Shown piece after piece: positions 26,414 through 36,890 of a stretch of DNA of 64,000 bases. Position 1 is the stretch's first letter. Every line of letters starts with the position of its first letter. The position numbers and the translations under genes were made by a program. Source of the DNA: Leucoraja ocellata (Eukaryota). The DNA is taken from the NCBI GenBank assembly GCA_036785375.1, contig JAWMAR010000340.1, forward strand, positions 1,550,001-1,614,000. The letters are read 5' to 3'. The notes beneath the pieces are model-generated. The model had not been told where the DNA came from. It made no database searches and worked only from the letters and a program-made list of their open reading frames with translations.

Positions 26414-29400
26414 AATAGTAAAAATGTTTGAATAAACACCAATGCATTACAGTTTGCATATTAGATTCCTCTAAATTACAGGAACACCATCAAATTATAT
26501 AATTCAACTACCATTGAACTGTTAAGAAGCAATTAATTTCTTATTTTGTAATTGTCTCGTCATCTTTATGGTGTTTTAACATACTTTAGTAAAAGTAAAA
26601 TGTCTGCAGATTGGAGTAATCGCTTATATCTGTTCCATTTTGTCGCACTCATTTATGATTTGAAATTTCTAAGTAATGTGAACCATTAATTCGTGTAGTT
26701 CTTTTAGATGACTAATGATACCATATAAACATGAGTACGCCTCTTCGGCTGCTGCTGCGCAAGTGGAAATTATTGGAACGCTATTCCGAACGGAATGACT
26801 TATTTGTTTTGGTTCACTGGGCAGAACGAGCAAATACGAGCGGCCCAGGCGAAAACTACTTTATTTCAATCAACTTAACAGTTGTTCATTTCCAGGAATA
26901 AACCTGAATAACCTGCCACCGTCCGAAATTATGTCAGTGTAATTTATCTCAAAAGAAACCCCGAGTAGCAAACCTTAAGAGATGGGCGTTAAGAAACTGG
27001 AGCTGGGTGATCTTGTACTCGCGTACGCCTTTTAGGTTACATACCCTTCCAAAGACTTCACTCTCAGAAGTCGTTTATGTTGGAATTACTGACTTTGAAA
27101 TATATTAGGCAGAGATTATATATTTTCCAATTTGAAACTGTTTTGGAAATGTCATGATGCCAGTCATGTTACCCTGTAGTTTTCATTTACGCCAGTCGCC
27201 ATCAGGAGAGAATAGTGATTAAATATGTCTATGATATCAGGTGAAGCAGAAAAAAACGCTAAGGCTTTGATTCGATGAACGTAACGCCATAATAATGCCA
27301 AATATCCATACAGATATAAATCAAGGCAACAGTTGATCTGCAAGGGTTGAAGTAAAGGATGCACATGTACATGTCCACCTCAAATGTATATGAAGACCCT
27401 GTCACTGCATGAAATGAAATAATAAAATGAAATGCAAAATATAAAGCCGTGCTCTTCATATACAGTCTGAAGCAAGATATATGCCGCGAATAAAGTGGGT
27501 GTAATCTGAGAAAATCAGGAAATGGGAAGCAAAAACTGATTATATTTCGATATAAGGTCGGAACAATGATTTTGTTTGCAATTGTTTCGGTGTATAATAA
27601 TAGTATGTGGTTTGAAACAACACTTTAAAGGACGCAGCAAAGTTATTGAAAGTGTAGTTTGCTTGACCGTATTCATATAGAGTGCGCTGGCAAAGAAGCA
27701 TCTGACAGTCTGCTCTACTTATTAGGTATTAGGTGTAACGCTTACAATATGGGAAGTGAAACCGTCGCTTTCAATATGGGAAGTGAACCCGCCTATTCAA
27801 TGCAGGAACACGCGCTTCCTTTCTGATTGCTAAACTAGTTGTTGCTTTGCCTCGCACGTAAACGCATGGTTCTGAATGATCTTCTATTGCAACGAACAAA
27901 CAAATAACAAGTTGGTAACTTCGATCTGCCCTGAATATTTTGCATATCTTGAATAGCCGCCAGAATTCGTGTTTTGACGTGCTTAAATAAAACTATGAAT
28001 ACGTATTGTTACATACAAAACCTACGTTAAAATTAAGTACTCTCTTTTTTGGAGATGGGAAACTTCCTTGTAATAATTTTAGGAGGGATATCGAAGAACA
28101 CGATCATTGCGTGAGAAACAAACAAAAGTTGGCATTCACGCTAATATGGCTATATACATTCATGCTGCCGTCCACATCTGTCCAATCAGCTTATCATTGT
28201 TCCTATAAAACAGGCATGAAACATGGAAGCCAATAATTAGCAACTTGCTCGGCTTTCCATTGCTCACCATCAACTCACATCTGTTTTTTAAGGGGCACCG
28301 CCAACTAAATTGTCTGTCCAATGTTCTTATTAAGCTAATAACCGTCGGGTATTGTGTGCTCTTTTAATTCATCCTCGTTGTCCAGATTATGCTCTTTGAC
28401 CCCAAAAGGAAAGCCGCCTCTCCCGCCTCCTCCTGTGTCTAGTGTTATTCCGGAACAGGGCCACAAACTACAAGGTGACTGACAGTAGACATAAGATTGG
28501 ACCCTCCAGGGCGTGTTATGAAATTAGAACTGGCGTGTCATGCTAAAGATACCTGCCTGGCGACGGAAATAAACACGCACACTGTTTATTAGATATATAT
28601 GTACATACAAATATATATGTACATATAATTCTATTGGATATATTGGCATAATGGTAAACAATGAACATCATCTTAACCGAATAATTAAATTAAATATTTT
28701 GCACGATGCTAGTCGTGATTTGTTTGTTTTCTCGCTGTACGATATCAGCGTATGTGTTACAGATGTGTATTATATGGCAGATATAAACAAAAGCTTTCCG
28801 TGCAGATGTATTCCTAGCTCTAAGTCTCCGACACGTCATTAAATTGTTACATCTTTCATGACTGTGAAAGCTGCTGGAACGTTTCGTGGCCCATCTAACT
28901 CTATTTTCTCCTTTAACTTCCTCGTGTTCCCTCTGCATATAAATGCACGTATTTATATTATTCATAATATACATAGAGACGAAATATGGGCTACACCCAA
29001 TTGAACATCATAGAGCAACCACGGCGGTATCACATTTCGTTGTAATTCACTCAGACGTTCCAAAATATGATTTTCATATTGTAGTTTGCCATAAAGGTTT
29101 ATGCCACAGTTCACTGGTTGATGTGGCTACGACCGATTTGTCAATACGATTATTTGTTTCAAGCTGGTATTAAATAAGTACTGTATGTTTTTAACGCACT
29201 GTAGTGCACCTCGTAAATCTACAAATTGTACTTAATTAGCAAACTAACTGAAGGAGTCTCGGTCTAAACTTTCCTTTATTAACCCAAGTTTACTTTACTT
29301 TCTTCAACACATTTTGTGACCAGCAAACGGTTAGTGTCTTTGTACTTAAGCATATTTTATTTAAACAATATATTATGTAACAAGAAATGTCTTAAAAGAT

Positions 29401-31080
29401 GATAACTTATGAAATATTAGCAGTTGCCAAATATTAAAAGTGAACTAAGATAATATGACTTCTGACGTATATAAATAATTGGATTGTCTAAATGTTAGTC
29501 TGCAGAGTTCACATCAGCATATTTCACAAATTCCTTATCGTAGACTTTCCTAGCTGAAGCTAATTTCTTCCTCTCCATTTCATGTTGACTTAATGCTCAA
29601 ACATATAGGTTATTAACTAATCAAGATACATCCATACATTACTCTTTTGGTGAAACATTACCAGTTATGTAATAACTGAAGCTATCGTCAAATGTCCTGC
29701 ACGAGGGAAGAGGCGTGTATTTTAGCACGTTTTGTTTCCTTCTTTGGAAAATATCAGCAATATCTTCAGTATTCAGGAAAACAAATATGAAGCTCAATCA
29801 ACCTCTTTAAAAATATACACTAAAATATATTAAAGGTCACATATGCAAAAAGATTCATTAGTTCATTAGTTTTATTAGTTTGTAAACGTTTGGTTAACAA
29901 AGAGAAAACAAATGACCAAAACAAACGAGAAAACAAGATGACCCTCAGCATCTTTACTGTATTCTAAACTTTCTTCTAAACGGTCGACCAATAGAACATT
30001 TCGTTTTTCTCTACAACTTAACAACGTAAAATTGGTGTACATAGTTAAGTGTAAATGAGAAAATATGCTTCACTACTCGCTGCATAGAATTTGATTTCAA
30101 CCAAAGCTAGAGGGCGCTGATTTGAATTGTCTCGCGTGTGTATGTGCAGATATGAATTCGTGCAAAAAAAAAAGTCTCTTGCTTCAGGCCAAAACTTAAC
30201 AGAACATTTGACTTATTTTTTTTAGAAAATAGAACTATTTTTATATCGGAACTGAACTGTTTATTGCCTAGATTTGGCAATTCCTCGCAACATGTTTTTT
30301 AAAGACTGAGCTGGAACAGCGGAGATTGAATGTTTAGCAATGCGTCACAGACTGGTTGGAAATGCTTCAAAGGAGCAATTCCTGCAAATCTGAAAAGATG
30401 CACGAAACATGAGGGATGTCTTTGTTTTACTATTCTTCGAGATATAGGCTATGCTTACTGCCCAAAACAATAATGTCTCTTTGGTATTATATAATCTCTG
30501 CGAAGCAAATCTTCAAACAAAATCTAATACAAGTGATTTCCCCCCTTCGCTTTTCACTGTCGGTCGCAAGTATTGAAGCATGCGATTACTCCTCTCAACA
30601 ATACAAGAAAGTTCCCTTCGGAAAGACGGCTTCCACAGGTGTCGGACTATAACAGTTTCCTAATTGCAATTTCCGCGTGTTGCTGGTTTGCGAAAGAACC
30701 CTGCTACCTGCTATCATGACACCAGTGCACTGTACATTCACCCACGCTCGCTGTACATTTACGTTCTACGAAGGTTACTACTTTTGATTGAAATGAAGAG
30801 TTAGCTTTCTACCAATATCAACGAATATATAGGAAAGGGGACATTTCAAACATATATTTCAGTCAAGCATTATTTGTCATTGTACATCAAATTAAGAAAT
30901 TCCTTCTGGTGAGGCGATGGAAAAGAATTCTACAGCTGCAGGCATTCATTTTAGGAAACTAATTTTACAGAAAATATAATTGTATTCATAATTTTCTGAT
31001 TAACTGAATTGCACTTTGGCTGATATTCGTGCTGTTTGTACCATTATTTTAAAAATAAGACGCAACTGTACAATTGAAAA

Positions 31081-31212
31081 GTCTGAAGAAGGGTCTCGAC
31101 CTGAAACATCATCCATTCTTTCTCTCCAGAGATGCTGCCTGTCCCGCTGAGTTACTCTCGTTTTTTGTGCCTATCTTCGGTTTAAATCAGCAACTGCAGT
31201 TCCTTCTTACAC
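31081..31212 (+). mobile_element. Solo Penelope-like terminal repeat with hammerhead core
   Basis: Homologous along its whole length to the reverse complement of ~2980-3110; starts CTGAAGAAGGGTCTCGACCTGAAAC. Confidence 0.8.
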
Positions 31213-32649
31213 TATGCTATTTAAGTTTTTCTTTCGCATCTTAAAGCTTGTTTTTGCTATGGTAATCGTATTATGACAAGACAATCGTCCTGGCAAGTAA
31301 CATTTCGAACAGCTGTACATATTTTCAACATATGTCTCCCTATTTATATCTTTTCATCCTCTCCTCCTGTTAATTAGCAAAGCTATTGCTTTTGTCTGAC
31401 TTCAGGTAAGTTAGATTTCACCGGTTTCTGTCTATCAGGCACGTGAGTTACGGTTGCTGCAGTATGTCCTCTGATCGTCATATTTAATGACAGTTTAAGT
31501 CAATTTCGGCTGGAAATAATTAACAGAGATCTTCCTCTTTTATTGCATTTTCCTAACATGTCTTGGTCGGGAGTAAACGGTTTGCTACTTTAGTAATTTG
31601 AGAACTAGCGATGTGGACATCACCACATTATCAGGTAAGGAATAAATATCAGAAATGACGATAACTACAAATCGCCAACAAGATTCTTTCCTGGCTGAAA
31701 GCTATCAGATATTTTGTATGTCTGTTGAATGACACAATGATTGAAAGAGCAACCCGCATTTGTCAAAAAAAAAAGATCAATTTTACAAGAATCATATGGC
31801 CTTTACAATGATTTTGTGTTTTGTTTCCTTTCTGGACCATGACTCCAACTGTTCTAGGATTGTTTATTCCAACCATACCAATTACATTTAGCATATTAAG
31901 CATATGTGATGCAGAATGTTTACTAATATGTAATTTTCTATGTAGAAAAAATAGGTAGGATTTTTATTTATGGGAAGCAAACTACTAAATGTCTTTCATT
32001 AATTGTTCACCATTTTGTTCCAATAATTCAAATGTAATTAATGTGTAAGGTCGGCCCGAAAATGCAAAAAAAAAGATTTACTTTGCTCATTTATATGTTC
32101 GAAACTAAGTCTTGAAAAAAGTTCTCCAAACTGCCTTCGGGGTAATGTACCTAGAACCGCTTCTCCCAAATCACACTATGGCGATACTCTATGTACATGA
32201 AATCTGTACAAACCAGACCCAAATGTCGGTGACAAACTGTTCAAACAAGATTTTCTTTCTGCTGTTATGTCCAACGGCGCTTCGCGGGTTTAAATTATGC
32301 CAAGGCTATTTTAAGGAAACGACAAAACAATTTGGAGTTAGAAGTGATGCATTGTGCTTACAAGCTTCACACTTCTGGAGAATTAAATGCTTAAAATGCC
32401 AGCTGTTTTGCGTTATGCGGGGTAACGTTTTCTCCTTTTAACAGCGAGCAGGTTTTTGCTCGCCATGAAAACCATGAAAACTAGCTGTTGCGTTTAAATT
32501 TTGCCGCTATCGTTAATTATCACGGCTATCTTTTACTTTCCAGGACGCATCCTTTTGTTCGGGCCCTTGAAGTAAAAAAAAACGGAGCTCGGAAAGAACA
32601 GTACGATACCAAGCCATTAGTCAGAATGTGCTCCAAGCACAATCTACAC

Positions 32650-32655
32650 TTTATT
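32650..32655 (-). terminator. Candidate en1 polyadenylation signal AATAAA
   Basis: TTTATT on plus, ~360 nt after the stop codon; a second AATAAA lies at 32988-32993, only ~22 nt after the stop. Confidence 0.55.
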
Positions 32656-33014
32656 TGAAGCTACATCATTTCTCAACATAGTAAAATCTTTGGCATGTAG
32701 CGGCGATTCATTACGTAGTCAGTTTATATTTCTGAATAAGTTCAGAAAAGACCGGATTCACATAAAATCTCTAGATCTGACATTGACTAAAACAATTAGC
32801 GACAACATTGAAAACGGAAATGATAAAATCTCGGTCAAGCAGTGATCTCTAGACATCTCCTTACCTGAAATAAAATATTTACAACGTCATAATGTGTTTG
32901 GTTATATATAATTTTAAAATGCTTGTATTATAATTCAGTCCATATAGATACACGCAGATCCAATTTAAATAGCACCTGTCACAGTCCTTTATTTCAACAG
33001 CATAAAACGGAACA

Positions 33015-33334
33015 TCAGTCACTCTCCTCCTTTTCGTCTTGAACTGTTGTTGTGGAATGATTATAAAGTCCCTGGGCCATTAGATGAAGAGCCAAGCCAT
33101 TCTTCAGGCCAGTGGCTTTCTTGATCTTGGCCCTCTTGTTCTGGAACCAGATTTTGATCTGGGATTCGTTCAGATTTAGTTCTTGTGCTAAAGTTTGCCG
33201 CCTCTGCTCGGTGATGTAACGATTGGTCTGGAACTCTGCTTTGAGTCTTTGCAGCTGCTCGGCCGTGAACGCAGTCCGTGGCCGCTTGTCTTCTTTCTCA
33301 CTCTTCTTCTTCTTCAGTTTTCTAGTCCTGGGAC
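33015..33334 (-). CDS. en1: Engrailed-1 homeobox protein, exon 2 (EH3, homeodomain EH4, EH5)
   Basis: [35 protein letters not shown]...[70 protein letters not shown] and TTTVQD are En1-type rather than En2-type. Acceptor: pyrimidine tract and CCACAG| before 33334; phase 1 matches exon 1. Confidence 0.97.
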
Positions 33335-35955
33335 CTGTGGTAAAGACAGCAAAGAAAAAAACATGCAAATTGTCACGCTTTCAAAAATTCTTCTTTGAAA
33401 CCAGACCGCGACAAAGCTTTCAGAGACCTGTGCAGTTAAATGTACAAAACAAAGTGAACAGCCGCCCTTTAAATAGGCGGCCATATTTATGGTTTTAAAA
33501 TTAACAAAATGGCGCAAAGTACATATCCCACCACATAACAATACTGCCACAGGGAAGCGGCATTTTATTTTATATTTAAACTTGCACCGAGACGTGTAGC
33601 AACGTTTGATTCTTTGCACAGCAGGAATTGCAGGGTATAATTTTATTTCGTTTGGGTCTTCCAGTATATACAAGTTTCTTAACATTATAAAGGTTGGCAC
33701 ATTTTGTCTAAATAGCTGGCCAACGATTCCTAGATGTAAAACTGCATGCAAAGAAGGCCATAATTCCGCATTATTCAAGACACCGCAAAAATACTTAAGT
33801 ACAGCTTATGTATTTTTCCGTAAAGGTAAAACAAAGTAAAATTCAAACCCTCGATCATGGATGGACTCCCCTCCCTTTTCATCCTTGAGCAGAAATTTGA
33901 CCTTTTTTTAAAATCCAGTTGGTATCAAGTACTTCGGGAAACATATGGCCTACAGTGGACAACAGCGAGTTGTTAGCTCTTCTAACGAGCCCACACCTAT
34001 ACATGTAAATTGTACCTTTTTATAAAAAAACAACAGTAAGTATAAATCGTGGATTACACTGGGCTTGGTTTAGGACCAAAGGAGAGAGTCCAACTTTTAG
34101 ACTGCTGCTACTGCTCTTTCCATTCCAAGTTCTAGGTGCGTTGTCAACAATATGTCGCCCTTTTAAAATTATGCAGGATTTTTTAACTTTTTTTTAAATC
34201 CTGTAAACTTAGACCAGACTGAGCTTTGCCAAACTAAAAAAAACACAAAGTAGCGTGTGATAAAATACCGGTCTTGGTATTAATTTTAAAGAAAATATCA
34301 AGGTGCCTTCGTAAAATGGGAAATCTGATGTTTCGTTTGTAATCATTCCCTTCAAGATCCAGATAAACTAAATGACAATGGCATCGCTGATTAACAACAA
34401 CATTTATCTCACAGCTTCCTGTCAAGACCTGTTCTATATTACACAGGCTACTGATGTAAGATAATACTAATCAGCGATGTGTGTGCAAAGGATAAAGCCA
34501 AAAGCACAAGATATAAACACTGTAAGAACTACCATACTTTCTCCTCAACGTTGTGACAGCATTTGACCGGTAGTCAAAATTCCCCTTGTCAGTATTTAAG
34601 GCTACTGTAAATGAACTTTTTTTTAAAGAATACCACAAATATCGCAGCCATTGAAAACCGAGCCTAAACAATGTTGGTAAATGTTAATAAAATCATCTTA
34701 CTACTTGATTGAAAAGCTAAAAAAGTGACGTTTTGCTAAATGTTTAGCCTGACAGCTCAATCAATCAATCAGCTAGTCAATCAAGCTGGCTTTTCTTAGT
34801 TTGTGGAGCTCGGCGCCATGATTAGCTCAAACTACACTGCATGGACGCAGAAGTTTGCAGGATCGCTTTCACTAAGAGGACATTTCTCTCCGTCCTCTGT
34901 AAATCGCGAGCGTAACCACCCCGCCAGGCCGCCGCACACAGGAGCCAATGCATAAATCATCTGGTTAGATCTTTAGTAAACCTACACACGAAAGCAGACA
35001 CCAAATGCTTCCTTAATCAATGCTTTCCGATTCCTAAGTTTCAGCGGAAGGATCTGTCTCGGTTGTGCTATTTATATAGTGAGGTGCTTGCTTTCTGCTT
35101 TTGATTTTACAGTTTGAGATTTGTCAGTGTGTAATTTCTGGGTAAAATCACTATGTTTCTTTCACAGAGAGAACCCCGACCAGTCCATTACGATATATAT
35201 TCATGGATAAGAATTAATGAGCTCGAAAATAATTTTAAATCAGCATAAATGACAGTCGAATTTGCCTTTTCTTTGCTGTGTCCTAATACCATCAACATAA
35301 CCATTAACTGACTGATGTTAAGCCAAGAATTGATAGGTAAATACATTTATGGAGCGGATCATTAAATAAAATCAAAACGTTTACTAAATTATAGTTGATT
35401 TTGAACCTGCTACGGTGCAGAACTGAATTAATTCAGCCCGCTATGTGTTCGAATAATAAGCGCTGTAGTTTGTAAAAATGCCACAACTCTTTACATTTCG
35501 ATCCTTTAGTTCTATCGGTAAGAACGCGCGTAAACTGCACCGAACGCAGTCCTGTGTACTCTCAGTCCCCGGCCTGCAAAGATTCTACACCAAGGCCCAA
35601 AACTTCAAGTCTTGCCCCGTGTCGCTGTTCCACCGCTACATTTGTCAATTGTTCGGAGTACATAATTTCAACACTATTGATCTGAAATATCTAGAAGTTT
35701 AATTTCTGATATAATCTTCTCTGTCGTGTTATGGTCGCGACTATTCGATCTTTTACTATGCAGCGTTCTCAGATAAAACAAAACGTTAGATATATGCCCT
35801 ATAAGATTGAAAACTACACTCAATGCGTTCAGGTATCATAGAATTAAAGAATATTCAGTAGCCATTTGGCCTGATATGGATTTGCAAATAAAGTTATTTT
35901 GTGTCGATCAATTGTACGTTTTTTTGCCTGCGTTGTAAGTATTATAATTTCTTAC
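33335..35955 (-). other. en1: Single en1 intron (2621 bp, GT-AG, phase 1)
   Basis: Donor CTG|GTAAGA at 35955, acceptor CAG| at 33335; splits the Gly codon in YSDRPSS-G-PR, the conserved engrailed intron position. Confidence 0.95.
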
Positions 35956-36460
35956 CAGAGGACGGTCTGTCTGAATATCTAGTGCAATAAACCCAGGCAG
36001 GCCACATTAAAGCCGCTGATGATGCCGATTTGTTTCCATCACTGTTGGATATAGGTTCTGCATTAGCCCCCACAAGCATAAGCGCCGAGCCAGTGTTTTC
36101 TGCATACTTTGTCGAATTAGTTCCATTGCCTTCGTTTTGCTTTGGTTGAGACTGCTTGGATGGCTGCGAGGAACTGTCACTACAATCTGAATCCGGACTG
36201 AGACTTGATGCATTTGACGGCCTTGTGAGCGGGTTGACGTTTTCTCTCCCAGACGTCTGCGCCCGATCTCTCTCCTTCTTGCACCCAAAGTCCGGCCTCA
36301 AAATATTATCAATAAAAAAGTTAGTGTTTCTGTGCGGCTGCTGCGCCGCTGGATGGGGCTGTATTTGGGGCGACTGGAAAGGAGGAGAGATAGAAACGCG
36401 ATCCGCCTCGCTCGGCTCTCTACTCTCCACGCGGATGTTTTGATCTTTCTGCTCTTCCAT
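35956..36460 (-). CDS. en1: Engrailed-1 homeobox protein, exon 1 (EH1, EH2)
   Basis: ATG at 36460 (AATATGG) gives MEEQKDQ...; EH1 HRNTNFFIDNILRPDFG; EH2 WPAWVYCTRYSDRPSSG. Spliced CDS 505+320 = 825 nt = 274 aa plus stop. Confidence 0.97.
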
Positions 36461-36739
36461 ATTTCGAGCTGTCAATTGCACCCACTTGATCCTTGCCCCA
36501 CTTGATAGGCGACGTATCCAAGAGGACGGAAGCCAAACACCTTATTCGATGTCTTTTGGCAGTCGGCTCTCCCTGACTTTTGAACGACAGCTGCTCTATG
36601 TACTTGGCATGGTGGGGGTCTCGGTGCATTCACCTCCACTTTTCATACTTACTGTGCCATGCAAAGCTGGCACTGCATTGATCTTTGTTTGGAGTCCGTG
36701 GCGATTCTCTGACAGTGCGAGCTTTGCAAACTCCTAAAT

Positions 36740-36890
36740 CGCTGCCTCTCAGACACTTTTCCCAGCCACCGGAAGCACGTGAATGGCAGGGCACGTGCTT
36801 TCCACCAATCAGCGGGCCGAGCGTCAAGCCCCCGGGGTGGACCCCTAGAAACAGCGGCCGGGCTGGCCAATGGCAAGCGCAGCTTCCCCT
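36740..36890 (-). promoter_or_regulatory. Probable en1 proximal promoter
   Basis: Locally GC/CpG-rich; two CACGTG E-boxes (36776-36781, 36792-36797), two CCAAT boxes (36805-36809, 36867-36871) and a TGACGC half-CRE, ~300-400 bp upstream of the ATG. TSS not determinable. Confidence 0.6.

Noticed and set aside
26211-26459. ORFs spanning N runs (also 39036-39341)
   Set aside because: Artefacts of assembly gaps.
33335-33368. ORF-track N-terminus [11 protein letters not shown] in front of the homeodomain
   Set aside because: It is the intron polypyrimidine tract and acceptor read in frame; the true exon begins at 33334.
33314-33778. 154-aa minus-strand ORF in the en1 intron
   Set aside because: No recognisable domain, out of frame with exon 2, composition typical of a chance ORF.
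36461-36481. In-frame GTG-initiated extension MQLTARN
   Set aside because: The ATG at 36460 has good context and gives the conserved MEEQ start; nothing supports the non-AUG start.
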